DNA from: Candidatus Eiseniibacteriota bacterium
GTDB lineage: Bacteria; Eisenbacteria; RBG-16-71-46; JABDJR01
Assembly (NCBI GenBank): GCA_963783375.1
Contig: CAWANH010000001.1
Coordinates: 160,001 to 224,000 of the forward strand
DNA length: 64,000 nucleotides
Direction: 5' to 3'
A program made the translations under genes and the position numbers. This document shows, one piece after another, positions 39,855 through 49,800 of the stretch. Below the pieces are notes generated by a model. The model saw only the letters and a program-made list of their open reading frames with translations. It made no database searches and had not been told where the DNA came from. How positions within the stretch are numbered: position 1 is the first letter of the stretch; each line of letters begins with the position of its first letter.

Positions 39855-39921
39855 CTCACGATCCTCCGCACATTGGCATCCAGGGTCTCTGTGAACCCCC
39901 GGGCCCACGGACAACTCATTA

Positions 39922-39938
39922 AGCAAGAAAGCGGCCAA
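39922..39938 (-). promoter_or_regulatory. sigma54 (-24/-12) promoter upstream of the TPR gene
   Basis: TTGGCCGCTTTCTTGCT, exact GG-N10-GC spacing. Confidence 0.75.
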
Positions 39939-40031
39939 TTCACCCAACGCAGATCTCCAAGCCGTAACCCTGAAATCTATAATCAGTTAAGGGCGGGGTT
40001 GGCCGGGACGTGGCGGGCGGCGGGGAGGGCC

Positions 40032-40071
40032 GTGTTCGCCTGGACACATCCGTTCGTGTCCGGTTGAACAC
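40032..40071. promoter_or_regulatory. tandem palindromic enhancer (UAS) sites
   Basis: GTGTTC-N4-GGACAC (40032-40047) and GTGTCC-N4-GAACAC (40056-40071), about 95-135 bp upstream of the sigma54 promoter. Confidence 0.7.
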
Positions 40072-40108
40072 CACCGGGGCGGGCGGCGGCGGGGACCGGG
40101 GGACCGCG

Positions 40109-41467
40109 TCAGGGACGCTTGAGGTCGTGGCGCCGCATGATCTTGAGGAGGCTCGAGTGATCGGCGAGCCCCAGCTCCTCGGCGGTCCGGGAGATGTGCC
40201 AATCGTTCCGCTCCAGGGCGGCGACGAGGATCCGCCGCTCGGCCTCGGCCTTGAGCTCCTTCAGCGGACGGGGTTCTCCCGGCGCCGCCGCCGCTCTCTC
40301 GCGGGAATCGAGATCGCCGGGCACGTCGGCGGCGGTGATGATCGCGCCCGGGGAGGAGATGAGGAGCCGCTCCACCACGTTTCGAAGCTCGCGGACGTTG
40401 TTCCGCCGCCAGTCGTAGCCCTGGAGGCGGCGAACGGCGTCCGCGGCGAGCCGCTTGGGCGCCACCCCCAGCCGCTCCGCGGCCTCGGCAAGAAGGTGCT
40501 CGGCCAGCGGGGGCACGTCGGAGAGCCGCTCCCGCAAGGGGGGCACCCGGAGGACGTGGACGTTCAGCCGGTAGAAAAGGTCCGGGCGGAAGCGCTTCGC
40601 CACGATCTCCTCCTCCAGGTTCCGGTTGGTGGCCGCCACCACCCGGGTCTCCACCGAAACCGCGCGCGTCCCCCCCACCTTGGTCACCTTGTGCTCCTCG
40701 AGCACGCGCAGGAGCTTGGCCTGGGCGGCGGCGGGGAGCTCTCCGATCTCGTCCAGGAAGAGGGTGCCGCCGCTGGCCGCCTCGAAGGCCCCTTTCCGGG
40801 TCCGGTCGGCTCCGGTGAAGGCCCCCGCCTCGTGGCCGAAGAGCTCGCTCTCCACCAGGTTCTCGGGAAGGGCGGCGCAGTTCAGGGCCAGGAACGGCCC
40901 CCGGGGATGGGGTCCGAACCGGTGGAGTTCGCGGGCCACCAGTTCCTTTCCGCTCCCGCTCTCGCCGGTGACCAGGACCGGGCTGGGGACGGGGGCGACC
41001 AGGGCGATCTCCTCTTTCAGCCGCTCCATGGCCTCGCTGTTCCCCACCATCGGGGTATCGTGGCCGAGCTTCCGTCTCAGGGTGCGCACCTCGGTCACCA
41101 GCCGTCCCCGCTCCAGGGCGTTTTCGATCTGCGGCACCACCTTCTCCATCGGTTCGGATTTGTCGATGAAGCTGTAGGCCCCCAGCTTCACCGCGCGAAC
41201 GCAGCGTTCGAAGTTTCCGGTCCCGGTGTAGACCACGACCGGCACGTCCATCTTCCGCCCCCGGATCTCCTTCAGGACCTCGAATCCGTCCATCCCCGGC
41301 ATCTCCAGGTCCAGGATCACGCAGTCCACCGGTTCCTTCTCCAGGACGGAAAGCGCCTCGGTCCCCCGGGTGGCGGTGAGGGTCTCGTGCCCCCCCAGGC
41401 GCTTCAAGTCGTAGGCGTACTGCTCGCATACCGAAGAAACGTCGTCCACGATCAGGATCAGGCTCAT
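40109..41467 (-). CDS. NtrC-family sigma54-dependent response regulator
   Basis: REC (LIVDD, ILDLEMP), GESGSGKE, ESELFGHEAGAFTGA, LFLDEIGE, FRPDLFYRL, HTH. Confidence 0.95.
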   Translation of the reverse strand: MSLILIVDDVSSVCEQYAYDLKRLGGHETLTATRGTEALSVLEKEPVDCVILDLEMPGMDGFEVLKEIRGRKMDVPVVVYTGTGNFERCVRAVKLGAYSFIDKSEPMEKVVPQIENALERGRLVTEVRTLRRKLGHDTPMVGNSEAMERLKEEIALVAPVPSPVLVTGESGSGKELVARELHRFGPHPRGPFLALNCAALPENLVESELFGHEAGAFTGADRTRKGAFEAASGGTLFLDEIGELPAAAQAKLLRVLEEHKVTKVGGTRAVSVETRVVAATNRNLEEEIVAKRFRPDLFYRLNVHVLRVPPLRERLSDVPPLAEHLLAEAAERLGVAPKRLAADAVRRLQGYDWRRNNVRELRNVVERLLISSPGAIITAADVPGDLDSRERAAAAPGEPRPLKELKAEAERRILVAALERNDWHISRTAEELGLADHSSLLKIMRRHDLKRP

Positions 41468-43215
41468 GCCTCGTCTCCTCTGGCGGGGAAGATCACGATG
41501 AACCGGCTGCCCTTCCCCGGCTCGCTTTCCACCCGAACCCCGCCCTCGAGATCGGAGACCAGGCGCCGGACGATGGTGAGTCCCAGGCCGGCGCCGGTGG
41601 TCTTGGTGGTGTAGAAGTCGTCGAAGATGCGATCCCGCACCTCGGGAGCGATTCCCGGTCCGGTGTCGCTCACCATCAGGCGCACCTGTCCGTCCGCCGA
41701 GGCCTCGGTGGCCAGGGTCACCGTTCCCTCCGTCCCATCCAGGCTCTCCCACGCGTTCCGGAGCAGGTTCTCCACGATACGGCGGAGGGAAACCGCGTCG
41801 GCGTGCACCGGAGGCAGCTCCCCGGCCAGGTCGAGCTCCAGCGTCACCCCCGGGCGGGCCACCGCGCCGGCCGCGGTCCGCCGCACCGTGTCGTTGAGGT
41901 CGAGCCGGGTGCGCTCCCCCCGCACCGCGATGCGCTCGTAGTGGGCGGCCAGGTTCTCCAGGTAGTCGACGCTATCGTGAAGCCCCTTCTCGCGCTCCCG
42001 GTAGATCGAGGCCAGCTCTGCCGGTTCCTCGTCCGCGGTCTGGGAGAAGTGCCGGAGAATGTTCCGGATGGGGGTGAGGCCGTTGCGGATGTCGTGGTTC
42101 ACCTGGCGGGCGATCTCCCCCTGGGTGGCCCGCCGCTCGGCCTCCCGAAGCTTGTCCGCGCTGGCCCGGAGCCGCTCGATCATGGCGGCCAGAAAACGGG
42201 AGAGGGTCCCCACCTCGTCCCGCCGCCGGCTCGAGAAGTCGGCATCGAGGTGATCGAGGTCGATCCCCTCGGTTCGCCGGGCGAGCTCCACGATGGGGTT
42301 GCTGATGGCCGCGGAAAACCACACCGCCAGGATCAGGGATCCCAGAACGCTGGCCAGGAGCACTCCCTTCAACCAGAGGTCGAGGCTGGCCAGGATCCCC
42401 CGGAGCGGACTCAGGGGATAGCTCACCAGGAGCCGGGCGGTGGCGACCGTCCCGTCCCCCCCTTCCACCACGAAGGGCAGCTCCAGGGTTTCCACCGCGT
42501 AGCGGGCCAGCGGAACCGCCGCGGTCCACACCGAATCCGGGTCCGTGCTCACCGTGTTCACCGCGTCCAGCCGGGCCTCCAGGGAGTCGTCGGAGGAGAT
42601 CGCCCCTCCGGGATAGATCAGGGACACCGCCAGCTCCTTCCCCCGGGCCAACCCGGCCAGGAAGCGGCGGTTCACCTCCATCCCTCCCACCACGCTGAAC
42701 TCGCGGCCGGCCAGCTCGAAGTCCTCGGCGCGGGCCAGGACCAGGTAATCCCCTTCGGGACGCCGCGCCCGCACCAGCGCGGTGTGGGAGGGCGCCCGGC
42801 GGAGGGTGCGCGGGAGCCCTCGCTCCAGGCGGTCGTACTCGTTCCGGAAATGGCCGGAGCTCAGGATTCGTCCCCGGGAGTCCTGGATCTGGAGCATGGA
42901 GAGCCCCATGAGGCTCATGGTGCGGCCCGCGTAGTCCAGGAGGTAGGAACGCTCGGTGTCCAGGCCGTCCACGGCGGCCAGCCGGAACCGATTGTCGTCG
43001 GCGATCCGCGTCTTCAGCGCGTCGAGGGACTCCCCCATCTCCCGGCTCCGCTCGGCAAGGTCGTCCTTGATCACCGCCATGAGGGTGCCCACCCGACGGG
43101 TGTACTGGGTGGTGAGGCGTTCCTTCATCTCCCGGCGGATGCCCACGGTCAGGAGCACCAGGGGAAGCAGCACCAGGAGCAACGAGGCCAGGAGGATGCG
43201 TAGCCGTAGGCTCAC
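41464..43215 (-). CDS. membrane sensor histidine kinase (periplasmic domain, HAMP, HisKA, HATPase)
   Basis: 2 TMs, RRDEVG HAMP, HDIRNGLTPI, NLLRNA, DTGPG, TTKTTGAGLGL. Confidence 0.92.
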   Translation of the reverse strand: MSLRLRILLASLLLVLLPLVLLTVGIRREMKERLTTQYTRRVGTLMAVIKDDLAERSREMGESLDALKTRIADDNRFRLAAVDGLDTERSYLLDYAGRTMSLMGLSMLQIQDSRGRILSSGHFRNEYDRLERGLPRTLRRAPSHTALVRARRPEGDYLVLARAEDFELAGREFSVVGGMEVNRRFLAGLARGKELAVSLIYPGGAISSDDSLEARLDAVNTVSTDPDSVWTAAVPLARYAVETLELPFVVEGGDGTVATARLLVSYPLSPLRGILASLDLWLKGVLLASVLGSLILAVWFSAAISNPIVELARRTEGIDLDHLDADFSSRRRDEVGTLSRFLAAMIERLRASADKLREAERRATQGEIARQVNHDIRNGLTPIRNILRHFSQTADEEPAELASIYREREKGLHDSVDYLENLAAHYERIAVRGERTRLDLNDTVRRTAAGAVARPGVTLELDLAGELPPVHADAVSLRRIVENLLRNAWESLDGTEGTVTLATEASADGQVRLMVSDTGPGIAPEVRDRIFDDFYTTKTTGAGLGLTIVRRLVSDLEGGVRVESEPGKGSRFIVIFPARGDEA

Positions 43216-44765
43216 GGGATCGACCGCCCTCCGGTCCACCCCGCGTGATCCAGGAGCAGGGTGCCGTCGCCGTCGATCCGGAGGCCGGCCAGCCCCCGGC
43301 GCATCACGAGGTGCGGCCGGGTGGCGATCAGGGGAAGCGCGCTCTGGGCCAACCGGTCCCGTTCCGGCTCGCCGCCGCTCGTCCACGAGGCGCGCTTGAG
43401 CCACCCGCACGTCTCCATGAGCAGGCGGATCTCCATGCAGGGGTCGGCCAGGGTTCGGGAGAGGGGAAGCACGTAGGCGGCGTCGTCCCCCTTCTCCAGC
43501 GCGGCCGAGAACCGGTCGCGCGACACCCCGACCACGGTGGGGGCCCCCTCCCCCGCGGCCAGGAGCGTGGCCACCTCGGAAGTGAACCCGTCGGTGCCGC
43601 TCATGGCTTCCGGGGCGGCGGCCAGGGCGACGAACCGGGCCGCCAGCCGCCTCCCGTCCTCGTCCCCGTCCACGTAGAGAATCCGCCGGCCGGCGCCGGA
43701 ACCGGCCCGCGCCGCTCCGCGCGGCGCCTTCCGCCCGAAGAGGTCCGCGTCGCCGCAGGCCGCGACCTCGGTGGAATCGAAGGCGAAGGGGGCGGCGGGA
43801 CGGGCGTCCCCGGCGGCGGCGTTCCGGGCCAGGTCCCGCCGGAACGAGTACAGCTCCGAGACCGGGGGGCGCCCGCCGGGCGCGGTGGCGGCGATGAGCG
43901 GGGACATGAGCATGTAGACCCGGTCCCAGGTCAGGGTGCGGGTGGTGAAGCCGGGCAGGCTGGCCGCGTAATCCAGGGCCTCACGGTTCCGGACCAGCAT
44001 GGCGTCGATCCCGCGCCCCAGGAGATCACGTGGGTCGGCTCCCGGGGAGACCAGAATCCCGATCCTGGATCCCGGTTCGGCCTGGACGGGCTCCAGATCG
44101 AGCCTTCCCTCGTTTGCGCTCCGAGCCCGGATCCGGAAGGGGCCGGTGCCCACGGGCCACTCCCCCGGCCCCCGGTTCCTGGCCACGGCCAGGGCGGGAT
44201 GAGCGAAGATGATCGGTTCCCGCCCCAGGGATTCGGTGAAGGCCACCGTGATCTCGTTCTGACCGTTCACCGTGACCGAATCGGGGTCGATCCACGCCCA
44301 GATCGAGCACGCGACGGTACCCTCGCACGCCTCACGGGAGCCGCGCCAGGATGCTTCCACCGCCCGCGCCCACACCGGGGTTCCGTCCCAGAACGCGAGC
44401 CCGGAGCGGAGGGTGAACCGCCAGACGCGACCGTGGTCGGAGGCCTTCCACGAGGCGGCCAGGCCCGGAATCACCCGGCCCGAGCAGTCGACCCGGACCA
44501 GGGTCTGGTAGAGCTGGCGGAACACCAGCCGCTCCGCGTCGTTCCGGGGCACGGGAGCGTCTTCCGCCCGGACCGCTTGGTTGACCGCGAGGGTGATCGG
44601 CCCCGGGCGCTCGGCCTTCGGGACGAGAAGGCAGGGGTCGGGGGCGACGACGTCCGCGACCTGACCGGGACGGGGCCCGCGACATCCGGCGATCAACGCG
44701 AGCGACGCGCTCGCGACAAGCAGCGCCAACGGGAGAACCATCCTGCGCGGGAAGGAGGGCTTCAT
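43212..44765 (-). CDS. family-5 (peptide/nickel-type) solute-binding lipoprotein
   Basis: LIAGC lipobox, LYQTLV, PGLAASW, WRFTLR, FWDGTP, VGTGPF; GTGA overlap with the kinase. Confidence 0.78.
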   Translation of the reverse strand: MKPSFPRRMVLPLALLVASASLALIAGCRGPRPGQVADVVAPDPCLLVPKAERPGPITLAVNQAVRAEDAPVPRNDAERLVFRQLYQTLVRVDCSGRVIPGLAASWKASDHGRVWRFTLRSGLAFWDGTPVWARAVEASWRGSREACEGTVACSIWAWIDPDSVTVNGQNEITVAFTESLGREPIIFAHPALAVARNRGPGEWPVGTGPFRIRARSANEGRLDLEPVQAEPGSRIGILVSPGADPRDLLGRGIDAMLVRNREALDYAASLPGFTTRTLTWDRVYMLMSPLIAATAPGGRPPVSELYSFRRDLARNAAAGDARPAAPFAFDSTEVAACGDADLFGRKAPRGAARAGSGAGRRILYVDGDEDGRRLAARFVALAAAPEAMSGTDGFTSEVATLLAAGEGAPTVVGVSRDRFSAALEKGDDAAYVLPLSRTLADPCMEIRLLMETCGWLKRASWTSGGEPERDRLAQSALPLIATRPHLVMRRGLAGLRIDGDGTLLLDHAGWTGGRSIP

Positions 44766-44960
44766 CTCCTGGATCCGACTCCCTTCGGTCCGGGGCAATT
44801 GATTTCGGTTCCGATTGTTTGGACCGGAGCGCTCCGCGCCCGGGCACGTCGCAGAGTGTAACACCCGGCCTCGATCCCGGGTTCCGACGGGTCGGGCGCG
44901 CCGAGGGCGATGCCCGGCGCGGCCGAGCCCGTCCGTTCGACGAGCTGCTAGAGTCAATCC

Positions 44961-45011
44961 ATGCTCGCGAGCCATCCATGCCGGTCGTACCGCTTCCAGG
45001 GTTTCCGATGA
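44961..45011 (+). other. candidate leaderless 16-aa uORF (MLASHPCRSYRFQGFR)
   Basis: Extended -10 TGcTAGAGT (44946-44954), 6 nt, ATG 44961; its TGA overlaps ATG 45008 (ATGA). Confidence 0.4.
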
Positions 45012-45481
45012 GCCCGCCCGCACGCGCCGAGCCGGCTTGGCTCTTCTGGGACGGCGGGTGAGGCTTCTGCTGCTGGGCCGTGGCCTGGGCCCGACGCCGC
45101 GGCGCGGCGACCCGTTTCCGCATCTCATCCTGGCAGGACGCACCGGATCCCCCGATGGACGAGGGCCTTCGCCGCGAGGCGGAGCGCGCGGTGCAGGTGG
45201 TCACCCCCCATGGGGAACGGCTGGGCGGAGGACGCGCCGTCCTCTACCTCCTGGAGCGCATCGGTCGGGGCCGGACGGCCCGGGCCCTGTCCCGCCGGCC
45301 CTGGATCTGGGGGGTGGAAGGAACGTACCGATTGATCGCCCGGAACCGGAGTTTCCTGGGGCGTTTCGCATCGCGTGAACCGGGGCTCTGTCGCGCCGAG
45401 GATGCGTCGGAGAACGCCGGGGGGCGCCCCCGGCTTCCGGCGGGCGGCGGTCAATCGTCCAGGTACTTGAACCAGCGGTAG
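45008..45481 (+). CDS. DCC/DUF393-family thiol-disulfide oxidoreductase, predicted selenoprotein (DGGUGFC)
   Basis: Track ORFs 44819..45061 and 45080..45481 share a frame across TGA 45059-45061: WLFWDGG-U-GFCCWAVAW...GGRAV...YRLIARNR. Confidence 0.8.
45073..45088 (+). promoter_or_regulatory. candidate bacterial SECIS hairpin of the DCC gene
   Basis: CUGGGC-CGUG-GCCUGG; loop starts 17 nt after the UGA, G at loop position 2. Confidence 0.5.
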
Positions 45482-46770
45482 ATGGAGGCTCGGGAATACC
45501 CGGTGTGGCGTTGCCAGGCCTCCACGTCCCGTCCCAGCCGCCCCGCCACCGCCAGGAGGTAGGCCTGCTCGAACTCGGCCTGGGCCGCGGTCCAAGGAAG
45601 GGTCGAGAGGCGCTCCATGGATAGCGTGGCGGAACCGGCTTCCTTCTCGCGCGCCAGCGCATCCAGCCCCCAGAGCACGGCTCCTCGAAGGTCGTGGAAG
45701 TTGCGGGGAAAGTCCTCCTCGAGCAGGCGGGCGAGATCCTCGGGATCAAGCGCTCCGAGACCGAATTCGCCGGGGTGGCCCTCGCGAACCGCGGTGTACC
45801 TGATGTGAAACTCCAGGTCCTCCCGGAACTCCCGCAACGGGTCGAGGGTCACGGTGTAGGGCTCCCAGAAGGCATCCAGGGAGGCCGCCCATCCGGTCCC
45901 GGTCCGGCGCCGATCGACGACCCGCGAGGCCATGATCCGCGCGGTGAGCCGGCGGACCCGGCGGCCTCCAACCGGGCTGTAGGTGCCGGACGAGACGGCC
46001 AGCCGCAGGCGCTCCAACCCGGCCTCGGTCATCGACTCCAGCCCCTGGATGAACACCGTCCCCTTCGCCGCCGCGGCCAGGGCTCCCGGGCTCGATCCTT
46101 CCTCCGCGGACTCGATCCCGTAGAGCTCGCGCTCGAAGTCCACCGGATCCCGCCCCCTCACGGTCACGGCCAGGAAGGGTCCCTTCCTCACCGTCGAGCC
46201 CGCGTGGAGCCAACGCGCGGTGGTCAGCTTCCCCGTCCCGACCTCCCCGGCCAGGAGCAAGGGGCGGCCGCCCATCCGGAAGGGGGTCAGTCGCTCCACC
46301 AGCGCCCGTCCGTGTCGGGAATCCGGCCAGGGACGGGGGGCGTTCCCCGATTCCACCTCGAGGAGAGAACGGTAGTGCTCCACCTCGGCGGTGAGGAGGC
46401 TCTGCTCGATCACCCGGCCCACTTCGTGCCGGAAGGTGCGGGGGTCCAGGTCGGCGTCCTTGTTGAGATACGGGAGCCCCTCCACCAGCGCCCGCGCGGT
46501 GGTCCGGGTGCCGGCGTGGATGGTGAGGAGAATCACCGGGAACGTGTAGCCTTCGCCGCGGAGCCGCTTGAACACCTCGATCCCGTCCTCGCCCCGCTCC
46601 AGCTCCAGGTCGAGAAGGAGCACGTCGGGTTCCCGGCCCTCCAGGGAACGAAACAGGGCCCCGGGTTCGGCGAAGGTCTCGATCTCGTACTCCGAGCCCA
46701 GGAGATGGACGGCCTCCCGTCGGAACTCGGCATCGTCGTCAAGCAGGCTCACCAGCGGCTTCGCGTTCAC
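45451..46770 (-). CDS. response regulator with a degenerate sigma54-activator AAA+ domain and Fis-type HTH
   Basis: REC (LLDDD, LLLDLEL), Walker A GEVGTGK, no GAFTGA, Walker B region VFIQGL, HTH TGYSRASIYRW. Confidence 0.8.
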   Translation of the reverse strand: MNAKPLVSLLDDDAEFRREAVHLLGSEYEIETFAEPGALFRSLEGREPDVLLLDLELERGEDGIEVFKRLRGEGYTFPVILLTIHAGTRTTARALVEGLPYLNKDADLDPRTFRHEVGRVIEQSLLTAEVEHYRSLLEVESGNAPRPWPDSRHGRALVERLTPFRMGGRPLLLAGEVGTGKLTTARWLHAGSTVRKGPFLAVTVRGRDPVDFERELYGIESAEEGSSPGALAAAAKGTVFIQGLESMTEAGLERLRLAVSSGTYSPVGGRRVRRLTARIMASRVVDRRRTGTGWAASLDAFWEPYTVTLDPLREFREDLEFHIRYTAVREGHPGEFGLGALDPEDLARLLEEDFPRNFHDLRGAVLWGLDALAREKEAGSATLSMERLSTLPWTAAQAEFEQAYLLAVAGRLGRDVEAWQRHTGYSRASIYRWFKYLDD

Positions 46771-46834
46771 CGTCGCTCCGTTCTCCGAATCCTTGCCTCC
46801 CCGCGGGGGTCCCCGTCCCGTTGCGGGGGGCGTT

Positions 46835-49800
46835 TCAATAGAGATCGTAGCAGGGGACCTGGATCTCCGCACTCACCCCACCCGACACGTCGTCGCGAAG
46901 CTCCAGCCTTCCCCGATAGGGCAGGAGGAGCCTCTCCAGGAGCGCCAGTCCCCGCCGGGTTCCGGGCCGGGCCTCACGGGCCCGCTCGACGACGACCGGC
47001 GCGCCGTCGTCCCAGACCTCGATGACCGCGGATGTGCCTCCCTGCATGCCTACCCGCACCCGAATGATCCCCGGCGGAGGATCCTTCTTCACCGCGTTCG
47101 AAATCAGTTCCTCCAGGCAGACGAACAGATCGTCCGCCCTCATGGGGAACTGGCGCGATGGGGAGCTGTCCCCCGCCTCGAAGATCACCCGGGTTGATCC
47201 GTTTCCGCCGAGACCGCAGTACTCGACGACGCGATTCAGCGTCCGTTCCGCGTCTGCGCTGTAGCGATCGGCCAGCGCCCGCTGGATGAGGCTCATGGAG
47301 TTCTCGAGGGTCCGGCCCTCGGTGAGGAGGCGGTCGAGGTCCGAGAGATCCCCGTGACGCGCCGCGTCCAGGGAGCGGAGCGCCGAGCGCGCGCTCCTCG
47401 CCCCTTCCAGGCCGAGCATCTCGGCGATTTCGATCCCCCGCCGGAGGCTCTCCACCACCTCGGTGGGCATCGCGCTTTCCAGGCGCGGGAGGATCTCGCG
47501 CCGAAGCGCCTCCCGGTTCCCCGCGGATTCCGCTTCCAGTCGAAATTCACGGACGATGCGAAGCATCCCGGCCACCGACCGCCGCCACCGCGCGTGGGAG
47601 GAGAGTCCGATCCGGGTCAGGAGATCGGCCCAGCTCTGATCCTCGGTCCGCGCGGCGGCCCCCCGCCGAATCCGGCCGACCAGCAGGACGGTGGCGAATA
47701 CCACCAGAAGGCCGACGGCAGCCCGACCGATGGGGTCGTGGGACGCAGCCCAGGGATACTCCCAGAGGTGGGGCGCCCGGTGCCGGAGCCACGCCCTGAA
47801 GCGGGAGAATCCGGAGATCGGGCCCCGCGGATCGAGCCGATCCATCCCCCCCGCAACCAGGTCCGCGGAGTCCGCCGGGACGGACGACTCGTCGAGCCCC
47901 ACCCGTTCGCTGGCCGCCACCAGGATCGGCGCCGGTCCGACGCGATGATTGGAGAGGATGGGGAGCCGCCAGGGTACCGCGTCCCGCCCGACCAACGTCG
48001 CGCCGATGCCGTCGGATCCGGGACCGAGGCCCCGGACGCTGATCCGTCGCACCGGTCCCGTGCCCGGTAGCTTCACGATCGAGATCCCGTCCTCCCGGGA
48101 TAGGATCGCCTCGACGGTTCCGTCCCCGTCGAGGTCCTGAAGGGCGAACTGGGATACCCCGCTGGTCGAGCGCGGGTCGAGATCGAGGACCCGGCCTCGA
48201 GCGGGGATCACCGGGCCCCCGGCCCGGGCCGAGCGGACGGTTTCCCCGAGGTCGTAGACCACGATCCCCCGCCGATCGTCCAAGAGCACCAGCTCCGGCC
48301 CGTCCCGGCCGTTCATTTCGGTGAAGCTTGCGTCCTGGGTCCACCCGTCCCCTTGCAGGCCCCAGGCCCAGGCTCTCTCATCGAAGCGTAGTCCGCCCCG
48401 GTTCAGATAGAGACGGTTTTGCCCGCTAATGGGGGTGGCGTTCACCTTGGCGTTGAAGCTGAGAAAGAGGTCCAGGCGGCCGTCGCCGTCCAGGTCCATG
48501 ACCTGCACCGCCCGCAGGAAGGCGGTGCCCATGAGGAGATCCAGGACGGCCGGGGGTCCGTAGGCGCCCCCTCCCCGGCCCGGAAAGACCCGGAGACCGC
48601 ACCCCGGGGCCGCGCTCACCAGGTCCAGCCTTCCGTCCCCGTCGAGGTCGGCCAGGGTCAGGAAGTAGGTTCCCCGCAGGTTCGGATAGCCGCTCTCGGC
48701 CAGTCCGCGGGGCGGGCCGAAACCGGAGCCTCCCTCGCCCTCGAGGCGCCAGATTCTCAGGTGGTCGTTGTTCCCCATCAGGTGATAACCCAGGAAGAGA
48801 TCCAACCGGCCGTCCCCGTCGTCGTCGGCCAGGGTCATGGCGGAGAGCATGGCCCCGACCTCGGGAAGGTGGACGACCAGGGTGTCCCCGGCAAAGCCGC
48901 CTCTCCGGTTGGTCAGAACCCAGAGGGTGGAATCGTTGGGGTCGGAGGCCACCAGGTCCAGATCCCCGTCCCCGTCCAGGTCGCCGGCCACCGCGAGGTG
49001 GAGGGGGCGGGATCGCCCGAGGTCCCCTTCCGCCTGGACGAGCACGAACCGGGAGGCGGCGCGATCGTACCTCCAGAGCTTTCCCCCCACCATCCAGGGG
49101 GTCACGACCTCGGAGACGCCGTCGCCGTCGAGGTCCGCGACCAGGCAGCGGCCCTCGGCCACGTGTTCCAGGTGAGCACGGGGGAACCTGGGAACCGGAT
49201 GCTCCCGGGCCGGGCTGAACGAGATGGTCCCCAACCACGTCTCCTGGTTGTCCGGCAGGCAGAAACCGAATCTCAAGCCCACGATCTTCCCCAGGGTATC
49301 CAGGGGAGCGGCCGACTTGATCCGGCTGTACGCGTAGGCATCGGACAGGGTGGTCCAGGCGTAGTCGTAGCGGTCCGGGATATTGAAGAAATCGTCCGTG
49401 TAGTCGTAGAGGGCATGGGAGGTGGCCAACCGCATGCTGTGACCGAACTCGTCCACGATGTCCAGGGTGACCCGGTCCGCGGTGTCGGTGTTTCTCACGA
49501 ACCACTTCCACATCCAGTACTCCGCCTGTTCGGGCGGCTGGGGCGGGATCCCGAAGTCGGAGAAGAGAAGCCCGAAGTCGACCTGCCCCCCGACCTCCGT
49601 CGCGCAGGAATCGCTCTGGAAGACCCAGATCGGATCCTCCCCGACCCGGCCCAGGCTGACGGTTACCGGGCAGTCCCCCTGGCGCGACTCGAGCCTCCAG
49701 TCCCGGGCGCTCCTGGGGACGATGTCCCGGAAGGGCTGGGCGGCGAGATTCGGCGCCCCGGCGAGACCGGTGGCCATGAGAATCGACCAGGCAAGGCACC

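Noticed and set aside
28830-45061. Genome-wide UGA reassignment (genetic code 4 or 25) as the explanation of the in-frame TGAs
   Set aside because: TGA ends many genes here at the expected C-termini, often in ATGA/GTGA overlaps; only two TGAs are internal and both sit on catalytic Cys positions.
48100-49150. Recurring GACCTCGACGGGGACGG-like DNA repeats
   Set aside because: They encode the DxDGDG motifs of the FG-GAP protein, not a CRISPR array or REP element.
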